Below, in pieces: positions 44,801 to 53,866 of a stretch of DNA of 64,000 nucleotides (the stretch's first letter is position 1; each line of letters opens with the position of its first letter). The DNA is from Candidatus Eiseniibacteriota bacterium (GTDB lineage: Bacteria; Eisenbacteria; RBG-16-71-46), in contig CAVSAC010000012.1 of the NCBI GenBank assembly GCA_963725865.1, forward strand, positions 640,001-704,000, read 5' to 3'. Made by a program: the position numbers and the translations under genes. The notes under the pieces were generated by a model, which made no database searches, was not told the origin of the DNA, and saw only the letters and a program-made list of their open reading frames with translations.

Positions 44801-47800
44801 TGAAGGTCCGGTTGGTGCCGCAGTCCACGGTCAGCGCCCCGCTCGGGTCGATCGCGCCGCCCGCGCCGGCCGAGGCCGTGATGGTGTAGGTCCGGAGCGC
44901 GAAGCTGGCGGCGATGGTGTGGTCAGCGGTCACGTCGGTGAAGGTGTAGGTCGTGACCGGACCGACCGAGCCGCCGTCGACCTGCACGTCGGCGATGGTG
45001 TAGCAGGCGCCCGGTGCGATGGTGAAGGCCTGACTGCCGTGGTCGACCACGCTGACGGTGCCGCCCGGGTTGATCGAGCCGCCCGCGCCGGCCGCGGCGG
45101 TGATGGTGTGGGTGACGCCCGCGCCGGCCAGCGCGGCGATCTCGCCCGCGCCCAGCGCCCGGCTGTAGACCCGAGCGTCGTCGATCGCGCCCGGAAACAC
45201 CCGCGCCACGTTTCCGTCGCTCGGGGCGCCGATCACGAACGGCAGACTGTTCGTGGTGATCGGCGCGGTGGTCGCCTTCGAGGCGTTCAGCACGCCGTTC
45301 ACGTAGAGCTTGATCGTGCTCCTGTCGTACGTCGCGGCGACGTGCATCCAGGTGGTGCCATCCGTGGGGTACGTCGCGGTCGCGTTGAGTCGGCCGCCTC
45401 CGGCGGCGAGGTTGTCGTCGAAGAGCCGGCAGAAGGGCACCCCGAGCGACGAGAGGTTGAGCTCGAACCCGAAGACCGCCGGGCTGGTCGCGAACGTGGC
45501 CTTGTTGAGGATGCTCGCGGTTGCCACCTTCGTGGGCCTGATCCACGCCGACACGGTGATCGCGCTCGTGAAGTTGAGCGGCGTGGCGTTCGCTATCGTC
45601 ACGTACTGGCTGGTGTTGTTGACGAACGAGAGAGCGTAGGGGCCGCTGATGCCGGGTACCCAGGCGGGGCTACCCACCGCCGTGCCATGGAGGCCGTTGG
45701 AGGAGGCGTCCGAGACGACGCTCCCGCTGCCCTCGTCCATCCGCCAATGGCCCGCCAGATCGCCCGCCGGCACGTCGAGCGCGAAGTTGGCCACGATGCT
45801 GTGCGGCGACTGCACGTTGGTGAAGGTGTAGCCGGTCACCGCGCCGACCGAGCCGCCGTCCACCACCACGTCGCTGACGTGGTAGCCGGAGTCGGCGGTG
45901 ATGGCTGAAGGCCTGGTCGCGCCCTGGCTCACCATCACCGCGCCACTCGGACTGATCGCGCCGCCCGCGCCGGCCGAGGCCGCGATGGTGTAGGTGGTGA
46001 GACTGGCCAGCGCCGCGATCTCGCCCGCGCTCAGCGCCCGGTTGTAGATCCGGACGTCATCCAGACCGCCCTGCAACCAGCGGCTCGCGCTCCCGCTCCC
46101 GTCCACCTGGGCGCCGATCCCGACCGGCAGCGTGTTGCCCGCGATCGCGATCGCCGCCGGCAGCGAACTCTCGAGCACGCCATTGACGTACAGCTTCATC
46201 GTCGCGCCGTCGTAGGTCGCCGCCAGGTGGATCCAGCTGTTGAGGTGGTCCGAGTAGAGCGTCGTCGAGTTGATCCGGTAGGTGTCTCCCGAGGGGACCT
46301 GATTGAGCCGGAAGAACGCCTTGTGTGGCCAGGTGGAGCTGGTGGCCGCCAGGCAGAGCTCGTAGCCACCGAGGCCGCCGTTGGTGGACTTGCTGATCAG
46401 GTTCTGGGTGGCCTCGCGGGCCGGATTGACCCACGTCGCCAGCGTCAGCGCGTTGCTCATGCCGAGCGCCGCGTCGTGCGGCACCGCCGCGTACTGGCTG
46501 CTGCCGTTGAGGCTCAGCGCCTGGCCGTCCTGGCCCGTCACGTAGCCCGGGCTGCCCACGACGGTGGCGTCGTAGCCATTGCCCGAGGCGTCGGTGACGT
46601 CGCCGTCCAGCTTCCACCAGCCGATCAGGCCCGCCGGCCCGCCGTCGGCCGTGAAGCTCGCCGTGATGGTGTGGTTGGCCGTCACGTTGACGAACGTGTA
46701 GCTCCCCACCGCGCCCGCCGAGACCCCGTCCACCTGCACGTCCAGGATGGTGGAGCCGCTGTTCGCCGAGATCGTGAACGGCTGGTTGCTGCCCGGGCTC
46801 ACGCTCACCGCCCCGCTCGGCGTGATGGTGCCGCCGCTGCCCGCGCTCGCCGTGATCGTGTACGCGCCGCTCGAGCGCAGCACGCTGCTCACGCTGCTGC
46901 CGTTGCCGGCCAGGATCACCACCGCGCCCGCCAGGTTCTGCTTCTGGCTGCTCGGATCGTTCAGCCCCCCCGGCATCAGCACCGTGCTCGGCCCGCTCAG
47001 CGCGATCGCCGCGGTCGGCGTCTCCTTGTAGAGGATGTTCCCGCTGCTCTCGACCGAGGTGTACACCACCGTCACCGTCGCGGCCCCCTCGTCCAGCAGC
47101 ACCAGCCCGCGCGTGCCCGCCTCATCCACCGGGTAGAGGTTGTCCCAGCTCCCGCCCGGACGCCGCACCAGCAGCGCGATCCGCGGGTAGCCCGCCGTGT
47201 CGTAGCTGGTCTTCACCGCCGCGTACAGCGTCCCGTCGCTGCCCACCGCCACGTGCAGGTGATCGTCCGCCATCCCCGCGCCCACGTTCAGCGCCGACTG
47301 CGACGCCGGCACCTCGTCCGCCGTCCAGCTCGCCGGATCCGTCCCGTCCAGGTGGGTGCGGAAGCCAAAGCGCTGCGTGTTCTGGTTCGACCACAACACC
47401 CCGATCCGGCCCCCCGCCAGCGCCGTCACCACCGCGATGTCGTCCGCGTGGATCCCGCTCGCCAGCGTCACCGGCCCGCTCCAGCTGCTGTACGGCGCGT
47501 CGCTGTAGTAGACCACGATCTGGTCCGCCCCCGCCGCGTGGTCGCTGACCACCCACAGCCGCCCCTGGGTGTCCTGCTCGAGGGTCGCCGTCTCCGTGCT
47601 GCCGTCCAGCGGCAGCGCCACGTTCGCCGGCCGCGCGCTCCAGGCCTGGTAGCTGTGGCTCGCGCTCACGTACTCGATCGAGGCCAGCTCCGAGCTGCCC
47701 GCGTTGAACAGCAGCACCTGGCTCACCGCCCCGCTCGCCTTCACGTCCGCATGCACCCCGGTCGCGTTCGACAGCTTCAGCACGTTGGTCCAGCTGGTGC

Positions 47801-48005
47801 CGTCGAGCCGCCACACCCAGGTGCCCGACCCGTTCGGCATCACGCACCACCACGTGCCCGCGTGGCTCCACACCTTCGACTGGGGTTTCTCGCCCGTCGT
47901 CGCGCTCACCGTGAACGGGTTCAACGGCGTGTGGACCGGCGGCAGCGCCGCCGCAGGAGGGGCCAGCATGGCAAGGCAGAGGACTGCAAGGAGGATGGGG
48001 CGCAC
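41817..48005 (-). CDS. Giant secreted modular protein B: KPQSKVW head domain, 3 LamG, divergent InlB-B/Ig repeats, Cys-paired cohesin-like domain, shared C-terminal cassette, FlgD-Ig
   Basis: 2062-aa ORF with RBS AGGAGG and signal peptide. Three W.HVAATYDG...KLYVNG...IDDAR(V/I)Y.RALS units, and TITASAG.GG.I.PSG...SYTF..V...HTI.ASF units. Confidence 0.88.
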   Translation of the reverse strand: MRPILLAVLCLAMLAPPAAALPPVHTPLNPFTVSATTGEKPQSKVWSHAGTWWCVMPNGSGTWVWRLDGTSWTNVLKLSNATGVHADVKASGAVSQVLLFNAGSSELASIEYVSASHSYQAWSARPANVALPLDGSTETATLEQDTQGRLWVVSDHAAGADQIVVYYSDAPYSSWSGPVTLASGIHADDIAVVTALAGGRIGVLWSNQNTQRFGFRTHLDGTDPASWTADEVPASQSALNVGAGMADDHLHVAVGSDGTLYAAVKTSYDTAGYPRIALLVRRPGGSWDNLYPVDEAGTRGLVLLDEGAATVTVVYTSVESSGNILYKETPTAAIALSGPSTVLMPGGLNDPSSQKQNLAGAVVILAGNGSSVSSVLRSSGAYTITASAGSGGTITPSGAVSVSPGSNQPFTISANSGSTILDVQVDGVSAGAVGSYTFVNVTANHTITASFTADGGPAGLIGWWKLDGDVTDASGNGYDATVVGSPGYVTGQDGQALSLNGSSQYAAVPHDAALGMSNALTLATWVNPAREATQNLISKSTNGGLGGYELCLAATSSTWPHKAFFRLNQVPSGDTYRINSTTLYSDHLNSWIHLAATYDGATMKLYVNGVLESSLPAAIAIAGNTLPVGIGAQVDGSGSASRWLQGGLDDVRIYNRALSAGEIAALASLTTYTIAASAGAGGAISPSGAVMVSQGATRPSAITADSGYHVSDVVVDGGSVGAVTGYTFTNVQSPHSIVANFALDVPAGDLAGHWRMDEGSGSVVSDASSNGLHGTAVGSPAWVPGISGPYALSFVNNTSQYVTIANATPLNFTSAITVSAWIRPTKVATASILNKATFATSPAVFGFELNLSSLGVPFCRLFDDNLAAGGGRLNATATYPTDGTTWMHVAATYDRSTIKLYVNGVLNASKATTAPITTNSLPFVIGAPSDGNVARVFPGAIDDARVYSRALGAGEIAALAGAGVTHTITAAAGAGGSINPGGTVSVVDHGSQAFTIAPGACYTIADVQVDGGSVGPVTTYTFTDVTADHTIAASFALRTYTITASAGAGGAIDPSGALTVDCGTNRTFTITAGPGHHVGDVLVDGGSVGAVTSYTFTDVQAAHTIAASFAPDVVPGDLVAWWPFEEGTGTAIQDASGHGNDGTLPNGATWVTGVGNLALHLDGSSQRGTVPDSPSLDITNQITLATWVRPERVATQHLIHKGNNGGADGYEISLAMAPPSSNGKPFVRFNQLTNGNTFRLNATQPYVADGNTWTHVAATYDGTTIKLYVNGVLDTARAESFAIAANDLPVGIGSQSDGQYMLQGAIDDARVYSRALSAGEIAALAGAGVTHTITAAAGAGGSINPGGAVSVVDHGSQAFTIAPGACYTIADVQVDGGSVGPVTTYTFTDVTADHTIAASFALRTYTITASAGAGGAIDPSGAQTVDCGTNRTFTITAGPGYHVGDVLVDGSSVGAVTSYTFTDVQAAHTIAASFAPVSADVVSAQPASGTMITKDHPCVTVPVVITRTNPTPLMGFSVTVQLSSNLALCGAEFVSGGYPLAPRSFHVTPASGNRWIIDDVTLGSPCGVTGDGTLFTVDVTSPESDGSGTITIESAVARDCSNQPIEVVPGPPASIPIHRTGPARTADLVAVQVTTGNHVPPPPARATTPIQLEFSLPADAVSVEVYRAKFGAYPQYDESAGAAPGLPTYPPSANWALTGVTASGQTDEPPTRDFWYYVLVSKDAYGNTSPVSNMTLGTLDYYLGDVSDGTVACAGDNLVATSDVSLLGGHYGATLPVDDGLECLDVGPTMDYSVSARPMTDNRIDFEDLMMFSLNYGMVSAPQSAARPADAAATSSDAEQLGVWAPTTVTAGETFRVVLGLQGTGFLQGISVKLGWNPAVALPISIVSEGLFEGEGGVLFHVGLTTVDGALLGIHETGLSRAGAFATVTYRALATGNPAIEVVEIKGRDHQNHPMEVRLVNAVGVGDSPARTQFAPARPTPFTSSTTLEFGVASRGEVELAVFGIDGRRVRTLVRGIQEPGIHPITWDGRDDSGRQVVAGMYYARLTAGRERFTRTLIRLAH
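43577..45192. repeat. Intragenic direct repeat (~520 bp; 43577-44097 and 44672-45192)
   Basis: Near-identical DNA encoding the end of a LamG domain plus two Ig-like units, offset by 1095 bp (in frame). Confidence 0.9.
45859..47959 (-). repeat. Copy 1 of a >=2.1-kb inverted repeat (partner 61897-64000)
   Basis: The reverse complement matches 61897-64000 almost base for base from CTCCTGCGGCGGCGCTGCCG onward. Confidence 0.95.
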
Positions 48006-48423
48006 GGTCTACCTCCTACGCTCGAGGGCGTAAGCAGGAGATGCGGCCTGCCGCGCGACCGCGATGCAGGGCCTGACCCCGCGCATTGCGATGCTGCCAC
48101 GAGCGTCCGGCGGCTTTCCCTACGAACGCTCGCTTGGGCTGGCGAAGCCAATCAGTGGGCCCTCGGCCCGCTCGCTTCGCAAAGCTGTCCGACGGTTTGC
48201 CGGGAGCGCTTCCGTGAGCTTCCGGTGCAGGTCGCACGCGGGGGGGGCTACAACCGTCCGAGCCACATGACCCGAGCCGGTCGGCCCGTGCGTCCGATCG
48301 AGATCACTGCCGCGCGGAGGATTGTCGGGTCGAGGGCTGGTTGCTGCTGCAGTCTCGACCTTCGTCCGCGCTCATCGTCGGGGGACACGACTCATGCTAG
48401 TGCATTGTCTGGTCGCGCGCCTC

Positions 48424-48451
48424 AACATAGTAAATTCCGGCGGGCCGTCAA
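48424..48451 (-). promoter_or_regulatory. Candidate sigma70 promoter for protein B
   Basis: Minus-strand TTGACG-N16-TATGTT, which would imply a leader of about 410 nt. Confidence 0.5.
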
Positions 48452-48535
48452 AAGGGTTTGCAGAAAGACCCAACACGCGGGAGACTCCGAGCAGGGTCGC
48501 ACCGCGAACAAATTAGGGCCGCCGCGTGGCAAACC

Positions 48536-48600
48536 CCGAGCCCCCTGCTCGGCGTCTCGAGCCCCCCGCTCGACGTCTTGTGTCTTGAGCCCCCCGCTCA
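48536..48600. promoter_or_regulatory. Three GAGC-CCCC(C/T)-GCTC palindromes
   Basis: CCGAGC-CCCCT-GCTCGG (48536-52), TCGAGC-CCCCC-GCTCGA (48557-73) and TGAGC-CCCCC-GCTCA (48586-600). Confidence 0.75.
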
Positions 48601-48990
48601 GCGCCGCGAACGCCCCGATCGAGCGAGCACGGACACGGATGTCTCTCGAATGACGACCCGGTGATGTAGTCGAGCGTCATGCTTGGCGCTCATCTTCTTC
48701 GGGACATGCACCATGTCACGCAGGGCCGCCGTCATCGATTCTTCATGTATTGCCGCTTTCCGTCAGGGGACGCGATCCGCGCCCGGGCCCCGCAGGTTGA
48801 CCCGTGCCCGCCCCAGGCCGGCCCACCCGTGCCACGCGTGGCGATTCACCACGGGCACCTTCTGTCGGACGTGTGAGCCGACGGATTCCCACGGCCGGTC
48901 GCTGACTCTCGCATCCACACTCTCATCGCAGCGCCCGTTTTACTCCCTCGGCGGGCATGCTCCGCATGCAGCCGCTACTCTGGAGGTTCT

Positions 48991-51900
48991 GTGTTGAGTT
49001 CGCGTACTCGTTTCGGAGCGCGGCTGGCATCGATCGCTTTGCTGGTGGCGGTGATGCTCGTGACGTGCGGCGCAACAGCGTGGGCGGCAAATCACACCAT
49101 CACGGCGAGCGCCGGGACCGGTGGCTCGATCGACCCGGGCGGCGCCGTCAGTGTGAGCGATGGCGCGGATCAGACCTTCGCCATCGCAGCGGATGTGGGC
49201 TACGCGATCACGGATGTATTGGTGGACGGAGTCTCGCAGGGGCCGATCGCGAGCTACACCTTCACGAACGTCACGACCGACCACACCATCGCGGCCAGCT
49301 TTGCGGCGCCCGGCACCATCGATGTCGGCGCGGCCCCGGGACCGATCCTGGCCTCGACCGACCACGTCACGGTGCCGTTCACCATCACGCGCAGCGGCTC
49401 CTCGCCGGCGCTGATGGCCTTCAGCGTGGTGTTCAAGGTCTCCGAGCCGCTGGTGCTCCCCGCGGGCAAGAACAGCGTTCACCGGGGCGCCTTCCTGCCG
49501 GGGACCAACTTCCAAGTCATCGACCGGGGCATGGTCGGCAGTGACCACCTCTACCAGGCCGACGCCTCGACCTTGGGCTCGCCCTGCGGCACGGACGCCT
49601 TGAGCGGCACGCTCTTCACCATCGACCTGAACGCCTCGCACAGCGGAACGGGGACCGTCTCGATCGAGAGCGTGAAGCTGCGCGACTGCGAGAACGGGGT
49701 CATTCCCTCGATTACGGGGACGTCTGCGAGCGTGCTGGCGGACCTGACCGTGACGTTGACGGTCACCAAGGACGGCAGTGGCACCGTGACGCAGGACCCG
49801 GAACCGGTGCTCGGCAAGTACGAGAAGGGCACGGTGGTGACGCTGACGGCGACGCCGGCGGCGGGCTGGACGTTTGGAGCGTTCAGCGGGGCCGTGACGG
49901 GTGGCAGCCCGGCGACCGTGACGATGGACGGCGACAAGAGTGTGACCGCGACGTTCACGCAGAACAGCTACACGCTGACGGTGGTGAAGGTCGGCAACGG
50001 GACGGTGGTGAAGGACCCGGAGCAGGCGAGCTACCACTACGGTGACGTGGTGACGCTGACCGCGACCGCGGATGCCGGCTGGACGTTCGCCGGGTTCACT
50101 GGCGACGCGAGCGGCGGCAGCCCACTGGCGGTGACGATCGACGGCAACAAGAGCGTGACCGCGACGTTCACGCAGAACAGCTACACGCTGACGGTGGTGA
50201 AGGTCGGCAACGGGACGGTGGTGAAGGACCCGGAGCAGGCGAGCTACCACTACGGTGACGTGGTGACGCTGACCGCGACCGCGGATGCCGGCTGGACGTT
50301 CGCCGGGTTCACTGGCGACGCGAGCGGCGGCAGTCCGCTGGCGGTGACGATCGACGGCAACAAGAGCGTGACGGCGACGTTCACGCAGAACAGCTACACG
50401 CTGACGGTGGTGAAGGTCGGCAACGGGACGGTGGTGAAGGACCCGGAGCAGGCGAGCTACCACTACGGTGACGTGGTGACGCTGACGGCGACCGCGGATG
50501 CCGGCTGGACGTTCGCGGGGTTCACTGGCGACGCGAGCGGCGGCAGTCCGCTGGCGGTGACGATCGACGGCAACAAGAGCGTGACCGCGACGTTCACGCA
50601 GAACAGCTACACGCTGACGGTGGTGAAGGTCGGCAACGGGACGGTGGTGAAGGACCCGGAGCAGGCGAGCTACCACTACGGTGACGTGGTGACGCTGACG
50701 GCGACCGCGGATGCCGGCTGGACGTTCGCGGGGTTCACTGGCGACGCGAGCGGTGGCAGTCCGCTGGCGGTGACGATCGACGGCAACAAGAGCGTGACCG
50801 CGACGTTCACGCAGAACAGCTACACGCTGGACGTGACGGTGGTGGGCAGCGGCGCGGTGGCCAAGGCGCCGAGCCAGGCGAGCTACCACTACGGTGACGT
50901 GGTGACGCTGACCGCGACCGCGGATGCCGGCTGGACGTTCGCCGGGTTCACTGGCGACGCGAGCGGCGGCAGTCCGCTGGCGGTGACGATCGACGGCAAC
51001 AAGAGCGTGACGGCGACGTTCACGCAGAACAGCTACACGCTGACGGTGGTGAAGGTCGGCAACGGGACGGTGGTGAAGGACCCGGAGCAGGCGAGCTACC
51101 ACTACGGTGACGTGGTGACGCTGACGGCGACCGCGGACGCCGGCTGGACGTTCGCGGGGTTCACTGGCGACGCGAGCGGTGGCAGTCCGCTGGCGGTGAC
51201 GATCGACGGCAACAAGAGCGTGACCGCGACGTTCACGCAGAACAGCTACACGCTGACGGTGGTGAAGGTCGGCAACGGGACGGTGGTGAAGGACCCGGAG
51301 CAGGCGAGCTACCACTACGGTGACGTGGTGACGCTGACCGCGACCGCGGATGCCGGCTGGACGTTCGCCGGGTTCACTGGCGACGCGAGCGGTGGCAGTC
51401 CGCTGGCGGTGACGATCGACGGCAACAAGAGCGTGACGGCGACGTTCACGCAGAACAGCTACACGCTGACGGTGGTGAAGGTCGGCAACGGGACGGTGGT
51501 GAAGGACCCGGAGCAGGCGAGCTACCACTACGGTGACGTGGTGACGCTGACCGCGACCGCGGATGCCGGCTGGACGTTCGCCGGGTTCACTGGCGATGCG
51601 AGCGGTGGCAGTCCGCTGGCGGTGACGATCGACGGCAACAAGAGCGTGACGGCGACGTTCACGCAGGACTCCTACAGCCTGACCGTGGCCACGGTCGGGA
51701 ATGGCACGGTGAATCTGGTGCCGTCGGGTGGCAGCTACACGTACGGGACGGTGGTGTCGGTGAGCGCGGTTCCGGCGACCGGCTGGCACTTCGACAGCTG
51801 GAGCGGACACCTCACCGGCAGTACGAATCCGACCTCGCTGACCATGGATGGGAACAAGAGCATCACGGCGACGTTCGTGGTCAACCCCGACGTCCTGCCC

Positions 51901-53193
51901 ACGACACTGACGGCCACGCAGCTGCGGAGCGGGAATGACCCGGGCCCCACGACCAAGATCAAGCTGGCATGGCCAAGCCTGCCGAGTGGGTCCACGATCG
52001 AGGTCTGGCGCGCGGGCCACGGGAACTACCCCGAGTACAACGACGCGCCCCAAGCCGGCTCGCCGCCGACGGTACCCTCGGCATACCCGCCGGAGTCAGC
52101 GACGTGGACCAAACTGCCGGCGATCCAGCACCCGAATGACCTCGATGCGCCTTCGGCGCGGGACTTCTACTACTACATCGCCTACGTGACCGACCAGTAC
52201 GGCACGCGGTCGCCGGTCTCCGGGCTGTCGGCCGGGGCACTCAACTACTTCCTGGGTGACGTGACCGACGGCGTGACGCCCGGAGTGGGCAACAATGTCG
52301 TGAACGGACTGGACGTCTCGGTGCTGGGCGCTCACTACGGGGTCGCGCTGGTTGCGAGCGATCCGCTGGGATTCCTGGACGTCGGGCCGACTGACACGCG
52401 GCTACCGATCGGACTGCCGCAGACCGACAACGTGCTCGAGTTCGAGGACCTGGTGATCTTCGCGCTGGACTTTGGCCGCGCGTCGGTACCGCAAACCAAG
52501 GCCGAGCCGGCGGTGGCGGTGGCGAGCAGCGACGGAATCGTGCTCGAGCGACCGGAGGCCGTGGCGCTGGGGGACCTCGTGACCGCGACGCTGACGCTGC
52601 GCGGCACCGGGACGCTGCGGGCGCTGTCCACCAGGCTGGCATGGGATCCGGCGGTGGTCGAGCCGGTGGGGCACGCCGCGGGTGAGTGGCTGACCGCGCA
52701 CGACGGCGTGGCGTTCTCGGCCCGGCTCGGGACGGTGGATGCGGCGGTGCTGGGGGCGGCGGGGATGAGCGGGGAAGGGGTGCTGGCGACGGTGAGCTTC
52801 AAGGTGCTGGCGGCCGGCGATCCGAAGATCCGGATCGAGGCGCTGGACGGTCGCGACGGCGCGAACCAGAAGGTGACGCCGGTCAGGTCGGAGCGGCTGG
52901 TGGCGCGGGTGCCGACGGTGACCCGGTTGGCGCTGGCGCAGCCGAACCCATTCCGCGGGGAGGCGGTGCTGGGCTTCAGCCTGGCGCAGCGCAGTGAGGT
53001 GGAGTTGGCGCTGTACTCGGTGGACGGACGGCGGGTGCGGACGTTGGTCAGCGGGCTGCGCGAGCCGGGCGAGTACCGGCCGCGGTGGGATGGCCGCGAC
53101 GACCACGGGTCCCACGCCGCGGCAGGCGTGTACTACGTGCAGCTGGTGGCCGGCAAGCGCCACTTCACCCACAAGCTGGTGTACCTGAGGTAG
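48991..53193 (+). CDS. Giant secreted modular protein C: Ig unit, Cys-paired cohesin-like domain, InlB-B-like repeat stalk, shared C-terminal cassette, FlgD-Ig
   Basis: RBS GGAGG, signal peptide ending AWA, eight 71-aa tandem repeats, then YPEYND, GDVTDG..GNNVVNGLD, WDPAVVEP and QPNPF. Confidence 0.88.
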   Translation: MLSSRTRFGARLASIALLVAVMLVTCGATAWAANHTITASAGTGGSIDPGGAVSVSDGADQTFAIAADVGYAITDVLVDGVSQGPIASYTFTNVTTDHTIAASFAAPGTIDVGAAPGPILASTDHVTVPFTITRSGSSPALMAFSVVFKVSEPLVLPAGKNSVHRGAFLPGTNFQVIDRGMVGSDHLYQADASTLGSPCGTDALSGTLFTIDLNASHSGTGTVSIESVKLRDCENGVIPSITGTSASVLADLTVTLTVTKDGSGTVTQDPEPVLGKYEKGTVVTLTATPAAGWTFGAFSGAVTGGSPATVTMDGDKSVTATFTQNSYTLTVVKVGNGTVVKDPEQASYHYGDVVTLTATADAGWTFAGFTGDASGGSPLAVTIDGNKSVTATFTQNSYTLTVVKVGNGTVVKDPEQASYHYGDVVTLTATADAGWTFAGFTGDASGGSPLAVTIDGNKSVTATFTQNSYTLTVVKVGNGTVVKDPEQASYHYGDVVTLTATADAGWTFAGFTGDASGGSPLAVTIDGNKSVTATFTQNSYTLTVVKVGNGTVVKDPEQASYHYGDVVTLTATADAGWTFAGFTGDASGGSPLAVTIDGNKSVTATFTQNSYTLDVTVVGSGAVAKAPSQASYHYGDVVTLTATADAGWTFAGFTGDASGGSPLAVTIDGNKSVTATFTQNSYTLTVVKVGNGTVVKDPEQASYHYGDVVTLTATADAGWTFAGFTGDASGGSPLAVTIDGNKSVTATFTQNSYTLTVVKVGNGTVVKDPEQASYHYGDVVTLTATADAGWTFAGFTGDASGGSPLAVTIDGNKSVTATFTQNSYTLTVVKVGNGTVVKDPEQASYHYGDVVTLTATADAGWTFAGFTGDASGGSPLAVTIDGNKSVTATFTQDSYSLTVATVGNGTVNLVPSGGSYTYGTVVSVSAVPATGWHFDSWSGHLTGSTNPTSLTMDGNKSITATFVVNPDVLPTTLTATQLRSGNDPGPTTKIKLAWPSLPSGSTIEVWRAGHGNYPEYNDAPQAGSPPTVPSAYPPESATWTKLPAIQHPNDLDAPSARDFYYYIAYVTDQYGTRSPVSGLSAGALNYFLGDVTDGVTPGVGNNVVNGLDVSVLGAHYGVALVASDPLGFLDVGPTDTRLPIGLPQTDNVLEFEDLVIFALDFGRASVPQTKAEPAVAVASSDGIVLERPEAVALGDLVTATLTLRGTGTLRALSTRLAWDPAVVEPVGHAAGEWLTAHDGVAFSARLGTVDAAVLGAAGMSGEGVLATVSFKVLAAGDPKIRIEALDGRDGANQKVTPVRSERLVARVPTVTRLALAQPNPFRGEAVLGFSLAQRSEVELALYSVDGRRVRTLVSGLREPGEYRPRWDGRDDHGSHAAAGVYYVQLVAGKRHFTHKLVYLR
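49966..51669 (+). repeat. Tandem array, 8 x 213 bp (71-aa InlB-B-like unit); unit 5 is a variant
   Basis: Units start at 49966, 50179, 50392, 50605, 50818, 51031, 51244 and 51457. Differences are almost all synonymous except in unit 5 (LDVTVVGSGAVAKAPSQ). Confidence 0.95.
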
Positions 53194-53457
53194 GTAAGAG
53201 CTGTGCCCAGGCGGGCGGACCCGAGCTCCGCAGCAGCTGCGAATCGGCGGCCGCCCGCCGGGAGCGACTCATTCCGACCCGCCAAGCTCGGCTGCGGATA
53301 CCGGAGGGCCGTGAGCGTGCTGCCCACCAGACGAGCGATGCCCGGGGAAGACGCTGACGTCCCGATGTCATGGAATCTTGTAGTCGGTCTCCAAGCGTGG
53401 GAAACTCTCATGCAAGGTCGCATCGTGTCCAAACCCACGATTGGTTGCCGCTAGTCG

Positions 53458-53493
53458 CCGAGCCCCCTGCTCGGTGGTCCGAGCCCCCCGCTC
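53458..53493. promoter_or_regulatory. Two GAGC-CCCC(C/T)-GCTC palindromes
   Basis: CCGAGC-CCCCT-GCTCGG (53458-74) and GAGC-CCCCC-GCTC (53481-93), with the same 21-bp centre spacing as at 48536. Confidence 0.75.
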
Positions 53494-53866
53494 CTCTCCG
53501 TCAACTACTGCGATCGCGTAGTGCACAGACGCGGTTCTCCCACGAACCGCGACCCGGTGCAGTCTCGGGCACATCGCTTAGACCCTGATCTTCTTTGGGA
53601 AACGACCTCATGCCGCGCTGGGCCGCAACCTCGATTCCTCCGTGCATAGCGCGTCCCTGCGGGGCAGCGCCTTCCCCTCCTCATGTCGACCGGCGGCTGA
53701 GCCACACCTCGCCGCCGGCGGATTCCCGTTGTCACTCTCGGCGCGCGGGGGCGGCGTGGCCGCGCGCGAGCGCGCGCCGGCTCCTCATACCCCCGCCGAT
53801 GACAAGGCCTGTTCCATTTCCCTCCTCGGGCATGCCCAGCATGCGTCCGCTCAATTCGGAGGCACT

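Noticed and set aside
48500..48620. c-di-GMP-I riboswitch suggested by GGCAAACC
   Set aside because: The GNRA-capped P2 and downstream GACGCAAAGC elements are absent. The region is better explained by the GAGC palindromes.
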